From positions 124,001 through 188,000 of the forward strand of contig NMRA01000334.1 in assembly GCA_002633005.1 (NCBI GenBank): a stretch of DNA of 64,000 nucleotides, in the 5' to 3' direction. A model generated the notes under the pieces. That model was given only the letters and a program-made list of their open reading frames with translations. It made no database searches and was not told the DNA's origin. The stretch comes from Phoronis australis. Its lineage: Eukaryota > Animalia > Phoronida. The first letter of the stretch is position 1, and each line of letters starts with the position of its first letter. Position numbers and translations under genes: made by a program. Of this stretch, positions 51,003 to 64,000 are shown in pieces.

Positions 51003-52239
51003 GTAACAATACATGGTGTACGGTACATTGGACAAAATGCTGTTTTCCTACCATGGTTGCTTAACCAGTAAATATGACTTGTAGTAGCACTACTGGGGCA
51101 GCAAATTAGCAAAATAAAGCAATCCATCAAAAACATTGACCAGACTTCTTTTGATGTAAGTGTTCGAGATGAATCTCAACATGCTGTTACGGTTTTCAAC
51201 AAAAGTAATAATTTTGTTTTTTTACAATGCAGCATTTAATTTTTTACATGAAAATCATAAAAGGTCTATTTTTAGAACCCCTCGATGCAAAAGTGGGGCA
51301 TTTAAAGAACAATTCGTTACGGCGTTTTGTAGAACTATGGTGCTTAAATCATAGCATGTAGACGTTTCATGTGAATCTGACTGGCCATTTCTGGGATATG
51401 TTTGGACGTTCGCCAAGTATGGACATTTTTCTAAGTTTCCATGCAACGTTAAAACAGGGATCACTACCAAATCACATAGACTGGCATTATTACTATAACT
51501 GTCATGCTCACCAATGTCATGGCTTGATTTTTGGTCATGTGACACGAAGCGTACACATTATTTTTTGTGCTGGTTTGACGTTAATCTCAATTTTCCGAGA
51601 AAAGAATTGATCAAAAAACGGGAAGCTGTGAGTTGAAAATTGAAACTAGATAGGAACCAAATAGCTCTGAAATGTTTTTGTCCCACTTTAAATGGCTGTT
51701 TTGCAATTAAAATTGATTTTTTACCTAAGAGAACAGTTTCCATATGAATACATTTTTGTAAATTGAATTTTATCTGTATTTACTTACGCACTCCCTTTTT
51801 GTGGTAAAAATACTTGTTTGCTTAAAAAATACAAACATTAAAGGTAATCTTTCACCTATTCAGCAAACGATATGGCAGACATGTGAAACTTCATCTTGTC
51901 AAATTTATTAACAAAAGTAAATGAGTGAGAAGAAAATTTTAGTCTGTTGTTAGCTTAGTTTGTAGTGTACAAATTTCATAAAACAACACTTGATAGAGTT
52001 TGAAATGTTCAGCCTTTGAAAAATTACTATTTTGGCAATTGTTTTTTTGCAAAAAAGTGAACATTTGGATCATGGAAAATGGTAAGTTTTCTTGAGTTTC
52101 TGATAATGACCAAATTATTTCTCAGTGTCAAAGTGACTTTGTGTCAGTAAAATGTTCAGTTAATAATTCAATAATTCTACCAATTCTACCAATAGCGTCT
52201 GCAAGTGAACACCAAATGATTAACCTTTAATATTCCCAG

Positions 52240-52377
52240 CTAGAGACATTCCACAGAGAACGTGTGGCAGCTGTGAGTGAAGCCCTTGTCAAGTACGCGG
52301 AAGGTAAAGTCAAGTCAGCCAGAGACACTTATGGGATGTTGGAGAACTCACTGTCAGCCATCAGAGATCTGGAGTGA
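52240..52377 (+). CDS. Sorting nexin exon 14 (last)
   Basis: cccAG|LETFHRERVAAVSEALVKYAEGKVKSARDTYGMLENSLSAIRDLE*; matches L..F...RVAA....LV..AE. Confidence 0.92.
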   Translation, partial: LETFHRERVAAVSEALVKYAEGKVKSARDTYGMLENSLSAIRDLE

Positions 52378-54960
52378 TGTTGGTTGTATAACAGTGACCT
52401 CATCTTCAACCCATTCCACAAATGTGTTATCGTTGTGGAGTAGGAGTCTTCGATGTTAATTAAAGCCACGTATTCCGACTTAGTGACCAGTTCATGACAG
52501 ATTTTTAAAGAATGGTAAAGTCTTCACTTAGTGCAGCTTCTAAAATTCGGGTCACGAAAATTGAATTTTCTTGATTCTGCAGATTGGGACATAGGCGATC
52601 ATCATATTTCTTAAATATTGAAGTCTGAAAATAGACTTAGTAGTTCATAAAATTGTAGAATGGAGCCTTTTGTGGCAACATTTTCATGAATCCCCACTGT
52701 GTGGTACTGAGGTGAATGACATAATTCTTGACTTTGGCAGGACCAGTATCGCATTTTCCTAAAACTTCATACAAGCTCTGACCTTGAGACAAATGATTTA
52801 CTTTCTTCACTGTCCCAAACAGGAAATTTTTTACGGTCAATGCTATAACTTCTGTGGGTTAGCTGCTGATATGCACACGTTTGTAACTTGAATATCGTGA
52901 GAAAGTGGTGGGTGGATTTTTAGTTCATAACAAATGAAAACTCTTCACAGCAATATTTTGTTCCCATACCGTCTTCATTCGACTAAAAATGTGAATTGAA
53001 ATGTGAATTAAAAAATGCTCACAGTGAACTTATAAGTCAAACGGCGCCAGTTATGACAAAATGACAAAGAATTAAAACTCTCTTTTTGCCAGCAAGTCAT
53101 GAAGAGTTGAAGAAAAACTCGTTTGTCCTTCTAAGTTTTGCTTTCAACTGACGAGAAACATTTGGCAAGAAAATCTCTTGGTTTGCACTTGTAGAAAATT
53201 AACATTTTGTCGCAATTTTCTTGTAAAAACAATTCATCACTAAGCTTATGTACTCCTAATTTATTGAACTACTTCCTATAAAGTCCTCGATAAATTCTCA
53301 CCAATTTTGGACAAAGGCAATTGCCAAAAGTGACTTTTTTATAGCCTTCTTGTCGTGAATACCCACAATTCCTCTTTGTATTGTCTGGTGGCAGTTACAT
53401 TATAGAACTTAAAATTGATAAAATATTTATTGATTGATGTTGATCATTTATGAAGAAATTCACTTGTCATCTTGTGTCTTAAATTAGTGAGATTTTATTA
53501 GATCTGCATACAAAATTGTTCAGCTGTATTGAACTGGTTTTTAACGTGGTCAGTGTTTCTTCTGTCGAAATTTGAATTGTAAATTTTAATGACTATTTCA
53601 GCTTATACTCATTAAGTGCACTTCATGCCAAATTAATCTGACAAAGTTCCGTTTTCTCTTCATGACAAGCCATGATTCTAGCTATGCTAGTGTTGAATGC
53701 CATGTGCACTCCACCGTCATGAGATGGAATTCTGGGTCATTTTGTAAGATTAGTTCGGGCATACACCATAGTTTCCCCATGTGTTCTATTTAATTAAGTA
53801 CATTATGTTTCCAACTTAAGGAAACATATGAATAAGTTTAGCCACTTGAATCAAGAAAATTGTTCTGAAAAATATTTAAGAATTATATTACTCTCAAAGA
53901 CAAGATTCTCGAGATATAAAATCACAATATACTCGTTAGTGGAATTAGTGCTTCCGTACTTTTGCTTCGTTTTCCTTGACAGTGTGAAATTGCCAGAAAA
54001 TGTGTTCATTATTATTTAAAGAATTTTAATATTGGATTTCTTTAATTTGTTCCAATGTTGATTATGAATTATGATTTGTGTTCTTGTGAGCTTTTGGTTA
54101 CGATCATTTTCCTGTTATTTATTTGTTTTCATCACTGATGCTCAAAACTCCAAAGTAGAGTGAATAGTGGAACTAGATGTAAGGCTGCTCAAAAAGTACA
54201 ATATGGCCACCGCGCCACCATCGTGGATACAATCTAGGTCAAATACCTTACTAAGCCAAAGTCTGGTCAGCTCACAGTCTGCATTGCGCTTGCCATGTTT
54301 TGTCCCCCGGTTGAACCACCAGTGACGTGACCATGTGACTATTTCAAATGACTTCAGGCATTTTCTGCACGCAAAAGTTAGAAATCAAGGTTTGAATATG
54401 CAACAGACTTACGAGCAATACTTATAACGTTGCTTCGTACACCGGTTTTCCCTGACACGGGTCTACGCTGTCTCTGACGGCAATAGTCTGATATAACGTG
54501 CCTGCATTTTGAGAACCAGTTTGATGCCCGTTATTTAGTGGGGAAAATTGGTTCTCAAAATTCGGGCACGTTATATCAGACCATAACCGTCTCTGAAAAC
54601 ACTTGATCTGCAAGAGTGTAGAAAACCTCGAATTCTGTTGAAGATCAGATGCCTTTTGTGACTTTTCAGCAACAGTGCACAAAGCGTCTACTGTACATAC
54701 TACATAGAGATTTCAACCTTGTGGCCAAAAAATAAAGTGCAATATACATTTATGTCGATATTGCCGAGATTACTATTTTTAATTGTATAATTTTATTGAA
54801 ACAAATTATTTTGTTTGTGCTGATTTTACTGTGTTCGAATAAAGGAAAAAATTTAGAAACAATATCATGTTGAAAATAAATATTTTATTCACTTCATATG
54901 TTATCTTTAATAATTTCCACAATTCAATGTCACAAATGTCTAATATCTTACATGAAGTTC

Positions 54961-55137
54961 GGTGCTCTCACCACTGAGCTACTGAGGATCCGATATCAGT
55001 GCAATTACTGTTTACAGCTAAGTCATACATCCCACGAGCAGCGTTTCGCACAGATATCGGGTCCTCAGTAGCTCAGTGGTGAGAGCACTAGACCGGCAAT
55101 CTAGAGACTTGTGGTTCGATTCCCAGTTGGGGTTCCT
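54961..55137 (+). mobile_element. tRNA-like element (pseudo-tRNA / SINE head) preceded by an inverted copy of its own 5' half
   Basis: 55062-55134 has A box tagctcagtggt, anticodon arm ctaga-ccGGCaa-tctag and B box ggttcgattcc; 54961-54997 is the reverse complement of 55053-55089. Confidence 0.75.
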
Positions 55138-55904
55138 GAGAAGATGAAAACAGTTGTAGCTTTCTTTAAAGTAAGCTCTTTTGGTAGTGTGGTGAGTTTG
55201 CACAAGAAAACAAAATTATTATTGAGTGTTTCACTAGTGAGCTAGAGACCTTACATTGTAGCAGTGCGTAGACTACCAAAATGACCGCGATTGACATGAT
55301 TGGGCGGTGAGACGGGAATGTTGACCAATGGGAGTGAACTCATTATTTTCGTTACGTAAGTTACAATTTCTTGAAGTTTCTTGCGAGTACCCATTTTACT
55401 AATTACAGTAACGAGTTTAGCTCGTCTGCAGTAAGTCTGAATTCCTGGGGATAAGTCTTTCTTAAGCAACTGTTTCATGATGTGGACACTCTGGCCTTTG
55501 ACTAAAAAAATCGGACAGCTTTTCCAATTTGAGGCTCCGTTATGTATAGGTTTATTGTTACTGAGTACTGGGAAGGGTATGACAAACGATGAGATCAGAT
55601 GAAAACATGACCGTTCCATTTCTCTAGTGAACATCACACGACACAGCACTTAGATACTAGGCAAAGCTTTGCGTTCAGCCCACGTGGCTTAGCCTCATTT
55701 ACTAATATTTTGCATGCATCTGAGGGGACATCGCTTCATTTATGAGAATTTTCAATTTTTAGTGAGACCACAGAATCTATTTTATAGTCTTGGAATATTG
55801 ATTTCTATCTAATGTTATTTTCTGTCCGTCTAATTGTTGCAACACTACTTTGTAACCTGAAAAATCCAGCACTACATTTAAGGTCAGTCCAACAGATGTT
55901 GCTG

Positions 55905-56072
55905 TCATAACGTTGACTCTGTCTCTGTGGCTGTGTTGGTTTCCACAGACTTGAATGTTCCGTGTGCTTCTGTTAATCTGTGCTTGTCTGGTATAAATAC
56001 TGATAGGTGGCGCCAGCGCTTGGGTGGCCATACAATGTAAGATGCCTTGGCATTGATTAAGCCAAGTGACAC
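55905..56072 (-). CDS. IMMP2L: Mitochondrial inner membrane protease subunit 2, last exon
   Basis: ttttcAG|VSLGLINAKASYIVWPPKRWRHL...*; matches VSLGL....A..I.WPP.RW. Confidence 0.93.
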   Translation of the reverse strand: MSLGLINAKASYIVWPPKRWRHLSVFIPDKHRLTEAHGTFKSVETNTATETESTL

Positions 56073-56387
56073 CTGAAAAAAACAAAACAAGACATTTTTT
56101 CAATTGGAAAAATTGCCAAAATTTATTGCTAGTGCTGTTTACAAAACATAAAAGTAGTACAAATGAGAAAACAAATTTCAAAATTTAAAAAAAAATCTTG
56201 TAATCTAAAAACGAATCCTGAGCCCTATAAGTGTTTCTTCTTTCTTGCTCTCCATAAAAGTACACTTAACATTAATGCCAAGTAACGAACTTGATGAAAA
56301 ACAAAGCAGAGAACTGTCACCTCAAAATCTAGCATTCCAAGTGGACAAAACATCACTAAGGAAGTCGTTGCCATGGCAATGACTTAC

Positions 56388-56490
56388 GGGTCCAAACATA
56401 TTGCTATCCATACTCTGTCCATGGTTGTCACCCTCAACCCAGCAGTGACCAACGGGGACTTTGACGAATCTTCTCTTGTAGCTCAACGTC
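56388..56490 (-). CDS. IMMP2L: IMMP2L penultimate exon
   Basis: gtAG|(R)[34 protein letters not shown]|GTaagt; peptidase S26 box E. Confidence 0.97.
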
Positions 56491-58799
56491 CTACCAAAAA
56501 AGCAGTTTCAGCAAGGTTCACGGACTTGTGACCACAGTTCATGGACTTGTGAACACAATTCACGGACCTGTACTGAGATCGATGGTTCACAAAGTCATGC
56601 CCGCACTCATAAAACACCGCTGCACTTATGCACCCAAAAAGTACGACTCACAGACTTGCAGCCAGAAACAAACTCGTGGACGAGCAGCAAAGTGTCAGTG
56701 TTTCCATATGCCAGCGCCATGGTTTTGGTCTGCGACTTGTGTTGGTTGTTGAGCTGTAGCCTACTGTTTGGGTGCATAAGCCGTGTTTTTTTGGTGCGAG
56801 TACGAACGTGCCAGTCTTGCAGTGGACCAGGTTTGCGGGTCCATAAAATTGAGGTGAGAAGCTACATACATATAACTAGTGCATGAGCCGTGGCAAATTG
56901 TTAAGCAAAATATAAAATTATCACACATGAGTACTAATATGGTAACTCTTTACTTCTTTAGTACACAATATGGCCGACTTACCTAGTGAAATCATATTTC
57001 GTTAAATATTAAGAACATCCTCTTAAGTCTATAACAAGCGTGGTTTGCAATGTGTAAAGGTGATAAAACAACATTTGCTGAAGTTTACATTACTTGCAAA
57101 AAAGTGATCAGCCATTGAAAAATGAAAAAAATGCCATTTTGTCAAATTCCTTGTGTGAAATAAGTGGAGGCCGTTAGGTCACCCAAACTTGAAACCCTCA
57201 AAGTCACGTAAATCCAATAAATGCCAGTGTACTTTTCCGTTAAACAAATCAATCAACTCCATTCCATCCAATATTATCATGCACGATTTGGAGCACTAAC
57301 TTACTGCATTAAAAATCAAATCAAAAGGTTCTACCCAAAATCTCAAACCAAATGGCGTGAATCTTTGCACTGGAGAATCAGTCATGTGTGTGCAAACTAA
57401 TTAAACCAAAAATAAGACTATGTAGTGTGATTTTGGGGAATATCTAGGTAGCAATCGCCAACTAAGGCAACCGAATTCCATTTAGCCCTTTTCTGGTCTG
57501 GAAATATTCGCAGACACCCAGAGCCAGCAAAGTTTATAAACAGTGGATGTTACACATACCTGTGTGAGTTTACAAAGTCTTTGTGAGGCCAACAATCATA
57601 AGACCCCTATCCTGCCCATCTATTGCATAACAGGCAGTGTAAACACCTAGTGGCTTTGGACTATTCAACTACCTGCATATTTACAACAGGTGGGTTTATT
57701 AGATTTATATATATATACATGACAGCCTATTAACGATTAATGGTTTACCATATACATTTTGCTTGGCATCAATTCTAATAACGTCATTACCAAGAATTAT
57801 TTAACAGCCTTGAAAAATTTAATGTGAGTTGGTTGTGTTTTTCTGTGCTGTACAAGAAGCGAGAACTCCAGTAAAATCTCACCAATTTCAGAAAAATAAA
57901 TGTCAAAATTGCTCCTTTATCACACTTCAGGGTTTTGTTTGTTTGCAAGAGTCCAGAAGTTTTCAAAATTTTGTATGATAGGGGGTATGATATGAAACTT
58001 GGACGTTATAAAGTGTCAATTTTGTGCTGTATATTGTATACGAAAAAATGAACAATTAAAACTTAGCTGTTGGCCATACTATGTAGTAAATTGGTAAGAT
58101 ATTATAGTAATTCAAATCAAATCACCAACTCCAAACTAAAATAAAATATTAAATTAATGACAATGAATCTTTTTTCAAGTTCAAGGGGTTTGATAAGATA
58201 TTCTACAGTTTCATGCAAATTGACGAGCCCACTGAAGACAAATCAATGTTAAGAGCTATTAAAAGCATCCTAAGTCAAAAAAGATGTGAAAATGGTCTAT
58301 AAAGATAGTCACGTAATTGAAATCAACTGAAGTCCTCCCAGACAACTGGTGTATTTGACGAAATTCTGTGAGAAAACAAAATTTGCAGAAATTAGAAGTA
58401 GCGCTGAAACAAAGCCACTAACTCTGCAATAGCAGTAAAATGCTCTGCCACTTATCCAAATCTCACACATTAAAATAGCATCGGATTTTAAGCGGATTGA
58501 ACTGGTTAAGACATCGGCCTTGATTTCATGCAATGTATGGCAGACAACGGTGAGAATTGGCCATTTGTAACAAAATCACAAGAACACAACAAATTCTCTA
58601 TCAATGGTCAAAGCTAATAACTTCAAGTCTATACTCCCATCCAACGATAATTTTCAATATGCGTCTTTTTGGCCATAAAAACAATAATATCCTTTTAAAG
58701 AAGTGATATGAGTAGCAGTTATATAAGTTTACAAATCTATGCGAATATTGTGTTTTTAAAAAAATTAATGAAAGTCGACAATGACGTTGACTAATTTAC

Positions 58800-58865
58800 C
58801 TAATTATATCGCCTTCCAAACCAATGATTCTTTTGATGATTTTCTGATCGGCTTTGAATGGTGAC
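58800..58865 (-). CDS. IMMP2L: IMMP2L 66-nt exon with catalytic Lys (earlier exons not found in window)
   Basis: tttcAG|SPFKADQKIIKRIIGLEGDII|GTaaat; S26 box D IKR..GLEGD; phase 2 to 2. Confidence 0.96.
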   Translation of the reverse strand, partial: VTIQSRSENHQKNHWFGRRYN

Positions 58866-61800
58866 CTGAAACAAGAAGGTAAAAATAAATAAACGAAACA
58901 CATTGAAGTCGCATTCAGTGCAAACATGCACTCATTGAAAAATCTTCAGTTTTGAAAACAACTGCGAATAAGTCATTCTTTCCTTCATCGTATTTCTCTA
59001 CAAAAATAACAATTACAAAAAAGTAGTATTTCCTGGTGCTGGTAGTAAGTTTTTGAAAATAAGGATTTTTACGCTTATTAAGAAAAACATAAATGTACAA
59101 TGATTGGAGAAAGCGCTAGAAAGAATTATGTTTGGGCGCAAATAAGAATTATACCAAGTTTAGCAACTCTTTGTTGTCACAAACTGAACAATTTGTTACT
59201 GGAATTTGTTGCTCTATGAAAAAACTTTTGACTCATGAAATCATATTTCGCCATCTCCCACTATCTAAGGCCTGACAGAGTACAATCGAACTAGTTTAGT
59301 ATACAATACATCGTACAAGTGAAATATCATCATTTATTTCACAAAAGATGTGTACCACCAAAAGAACATTTTTCCATGTTCAATGGCTACCACCACACAA
59401 TTCTTTGAAAACTTATCGGCATGAGGAACAATGTTTGAGGCCTTTGACAATGAAAAAAATCAATTTGTCCGAAATTGGCGAGGTTTTAGTGTTATGTTAA
59501 TTTTGTAATGGCTTTCCATCAATTGTGAATTAAAATGAATCAGCTGCAGAGTATTTCACTTTCTGTATTTTTATGGTAAAAATCAAGTGGACACAAAAGA
59601 ATTGCCGTGGCCAAATAATATTGACGATGCCCTGAGTCGTCGCAACACCATTCTTTAATTAGTCTCGCTCAATGCAACACATTTGAAATGAAATAGGTTA
59701 GCTTAAGGCATGCTTATACCTAATGCGAAACACTTAGCAGCGATTAGACCAGTAGGGAGTTATTAGACAACCATAATAAAGGATCAATTAACAAATTAAG
59801 CATCACACACTACTGGGAACCAAAGCTAATAGTTGCAAAAGATTAAAACTTGTTTTGTCATTACCATGGAAACCTTTCAATAAAGCGGAATAATGTGGTA
59901 AAAAATCTTCAACTCGGGACAAAAGTAATAGCCATAATTGCCCTATTTTTACTTTTCAGAGGCTTACGACATTGTTGCAAATGGTAAAAATTTTAACAAA
60001 ATGTTTTTTAGCAGCTTTGCCATACAAACCATGCTAAAAGCAAAAGGTAAACTTTTGTAAAAAGGATATTTCACTTACCCGCCATATTGTTACCTAATTT
60101 GAAGAAGTTTTCACATTATGGACGACAAGTGAAATTCTTTTTGTCAAATTTCTCCATAAAAGAAAAGACTTTAGTGTATTACAAGCATGTTTTGTAGAAT
60201 GCAGGTGTTTTGAAGTAACATTTGCTAAAATTTCCATAATTTGCAACTTTGGTAATGATTTTTGTGCAAAATAAGTGGAGAATGGCCATAATATACAAAG
60301 TTAAAAATAGATTGAATTAAACCCATAAATATTATCTAAAGAATGGAAGACATTTAAAAGCTCATTGGAATTAAAAAATGAAGGTCCCATATGTTTCAAA
60401 AATAGCACATCAGCTTGTCTGGTAATCAAAAACTAATCCAACCACCAAAACTAAAAAGACTTTAAAAGCTGGGTGATATTAAAATGGCAAAGTTTCCGTG
60501 GTTACATGCTACACTGCAAATAAAGCAATGAGACCTGAGTTTTAAAACACGATCCATCGATGACAAAATAATCATTATAAGATAGTGGAATCCAAGCGAT
60601 TGTAATTTGCCATAAAAATATCTGGCATCAGACAAAACGACAATATGCAAATTTACATAACCGTGCAAATTGAGCGGAAGGCCGTGTAAAAATCAATTCC
60701 AACAAAAAAGTGGCTAAATGCTATCACATGTTATGTACTTTACTATAGTGTCACAGCTATCAAGACACTCAGCTACACACAAGGCAGATAGCTAACTAGG
60801 CTTTACGGAGAATTGACGCGATAAGCCATGGAAATCATAATGCATCACGGTAAGCAGACTTGAGAGTTCAGCTGTAATCCAATTCTACCCTGAGATCAGA
60901 AACGACGTTGTGATTGGTGGGAGTGACTTGGCTATTACCAAGCGACTGAAACCACTTACGGAATTAAGACACAGTGTGCCATGAGACCAGGTAGGTGTGA
61001 TAGTGTTTTTCGAGTTGTAAGAAATTGTTTGATTTCATTTAAAGTTAGGCATTAGAACACCTCTTAACTTCGTGTTAGACAAATTAAGAAATAGCTTTAC
61101 TGACACATTACGTAAGAACAGCAATGATGGCAATCACGTTAACTTTTAACGAAAATTTTTAAATTTCAGACTCGTATAATTCATCGCATATCTTGAGACA
61201 TGATTTGAATTAAAGGTGAAGCCATAAAATATCTTTTAACATAAATTCGGAAAGCAGACGCAGAGCCACATTACATAAGAATCTGAATGGTGATGTCAAT
61301 GGTATTTTTACGTGAATTTTCAAACTAAAGGTTCATGTAATAATATCTTGAGACACAGCTCTCCAAGTTTGTACAAGCAGTTAATATGTTAATCTATTAT
61401 TTTTTCTTTAACGCAAGTAAGAATTCTCTACTTTATATTGGGCAAACTGCAATAAAAAGACTTAAAAAAAGAAAGTTATTAATTGCATGTAGAAACTGCA
61501 TTGTAATTCAGCGAATTACAACAAAGGCAGTTAGCCAGAAACCTTCTTTTCGTATGGCCACCAACTATGTAAGCAAGGGATTAACCACGAGGGTCACATG
61601 AAGGTCAATGCCACTAAGTTAAATACAGACTCTCAGAGAGTTAAAAACCATCGGGTTCCAGTGATACTTCTATCTCATTTATTCATTCACAATGAACAAC
61701 GTAAGAAAGACATAAATGTAAACAAATGAACTACCAATGCAATGTGCAAAAGACAATGTCAATATCCCTGCATGTGTAAGGGTACCAGGCAGCCGTAGAA

Positions 61801-64000
61801 TCAGCCACAGCCTCTGCAACAGACCTGGTCATCGAAAGGCACTGACGGCGGTAGAAAACAATGAAGCAGACAAGTTGCTAGGGAACCACGCAATTTTACT
61901 GAAAATTGTGTTAATATCTTCTTGGCAGTTTGATTAATTGCAACTTCCATTGATTTTAATTAGACGCGTTGTTTACTCAGAGCCAATTGATAACAAAGGT
62001 GATTGAGAGATGGCTGTAGCAGAGAGATGGTAGAGACAGACTGATAGAGAGAGACAAAATGGTTTTGTGTGTCATTAGCGTTTGCATTTACAAACACAAA
62101 AACAGGAGTAATGTCGGCAGCTGCCATTAATACCAAAGGAAATTGCGCATTACAAACTATAGTTGGCAATGGCCCAAAATTGCTCTGTTACAAAATTGCA
62201 TACGTTTCAATGTTTGTGTTTTTTATTTGATCAAAGTGGGCAATTTTGTCAAGAAATCTGTTAAGCTCCAATTCTAAAACCTACTGCTGAATACATTTAC
62301 ATATTCTGCTAACAACAACATATTTGTGGCTACTGCCAAAGTTTTCTGCCACAAACTTGGCACTCGAACATAAGCCCAGTCATAGTGACAATAGGAAAAC
62401 TTTCCTAAAATAAGCCCGCATGTATTATTGGGATTTGTATTTTGGTTCTGAAAAAGCCCTCTACTGAATGCATACAATACGTTAATGTTTGTGGAAAACT
62501 CAGTGATCTGTTTCATGATTGAAGCAATTTGGTCTTATGCTCCACACATCGATTTCTGAAAAAATATTAAATCTCTCTTGAGCCGAAGTGTAAAATGTCT
62601 GAGAATATACACATAACTGCAACTTGATCTGCTGAAAATAAATTGGTTTAAAAAATTTTGTTCATCAACTATGACCAACAGCGAGCTTGGACAGTAATAC
62701 CAATATTCTATCTTAAGTCTTATCACACACCCCCGTCCGTCCGGTAATACCCAGCATATTTACAACAGACTGAGAAAAATTTTCATTAAATGTAATTGAA
62801 TTTATATCATTAAACCACAGAACAAAGGACTACATCAATTATCAAACAGAATGAAAGATGGACTGTATCTGATGAAATTCAGTGGCAGATGCAGCCCCCC
62901 TCTTGAATCCTTTATGTTGCCATGGTAACAAATTGGATGTAAAATAGCCGAGAGTTAAGAGCTTGATGACAAAACCAGGGATTACTTTATTCTGTTGCTA
63001 TGAGTCTCAACATAGCATTTGTCATAACAATGTTAGATCTCTACCATAAATCAAGAGAATAAGTCGATTCATTTGTTGTTTTTCAAGTGTTCATAGGAAA
63101 AGTGAAGAGGAGCGATATGTGATTAAAAATTTGGGTTGCATTTTGATGACTAAGAATTTGACAGAATGCATTTAAAGCCTGGGGGTTCTCTCCCAGATAG
63201 GGGCATGTCCCTACGCATTCAGAAATGATGCAATACCTTAGTCACCAAGAAAATGGGTCTGGTAAGATGTTTCAGGATACAATATGGTGGACAAGTAGAA
63301 TTTAATATGATTCTCATTTTTTTATTTTTTTCCATAAAAGATATGCGAATTAATGCTTTAGCATGATAATGTCCTGTACCATAGCAACCATCAGAAAATA
63401 ATTTGACAATCAAAATAATGTTAGAAGACCGTGAAAAATGATTTTGAATGGAATTTCCATATTTCAGAAGCTTACATTCTATTTCTTAATATCTAACAAA
63501 GGTTTCACGGTCCTGGTTGAGAAGATGATTGTTTTAATACTACCCCGTGTGGAATCTGAATAACTTGAAGCTGGCGGACTGCTTCAATATACATGTATTT
63601 TTCTATTATGGTCGACTATGGTTTAACTACACATCGAGAACTGGCAGCAGCCAGAATTTTGATGGAATCTACCCTATTGTATCTTAAATTGACGAAATTT
63701 TGCCGATTCTTAAGTTATTTCATTACATTAACTCCACATTACAGACTAATATCTATATGCAACACAGCATTACTTTGGTTTCGCCAGAATTCCATTGGGG
63801 ATTAAATGGTTTCTTAATTTGCTTACCACTGATCAATATTTTGGTTTGCCTGCAATCAAGGGAACTCGAGTCCAACCGACATCAGTAGAAAACAGAAGCA
63901 CACATTGCTCAACTATTTCCACATTTTGCCAAATTACCCAATCATATCATTAGGTCCACATTTCTTAGCTTTAGTTTAATTNGAATTTGACAGAATGCAT

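Noticed and set aside
55062-55134. Functional tRNA-Ala(GGC) gene
   Set aside because: C at position 33, distorted T stem, imperfect acceptor stem and an anticodon atypical for eukaryotes; treated as tRNA-derived repeat.
55777-56181. 134-aa minus-strand ORF
   Set aside because: Alternative frame over the IMMP2L last exon; splice phase and homology support the VSLGLINAK frame.

Overview
AT-rich, intron-containing animal genomic DNA; it resembles a polymorphic marine-invertebrate draft assembly, but that is inference and the species cannot be read from the sequence. One 498-N gap lies at 24776-25273. Most of the supplied ORFs are spurious, so I rebuilt genes by hand from GT-AG boundaries and codon phase. 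Left to right: last 4 coding exons of importin-9 (+); a repeat-rich spacer with a tRNA-derived SINE head, a Harbinger-like MITE, a Myb/SANT relic and a perfect 62-bp palindrome; a ZNF653/692-like gene with intact 5' exons and a decayed C2H2 array (+); complete LSM3 (-, 4 exons); a divergent SNX5/6/32-like PX-BAR sorting nexin (+, about 387 aa, 14 coding exons) starting 190 bp from LSM3, head to head; a tRNA-like fold-back element; the last 3 exons of IMMP2L (-). Two features inside the sorting nexin stand out. A 2.2-kb tandem duplication of two exons has a Helentron-type (HINE/DINE-1-like) element carrying CTCF-like motifs exactly at its junction. An unrecognised intronless 582-aa single-pass membrane protein is nested antisense in a later intron.
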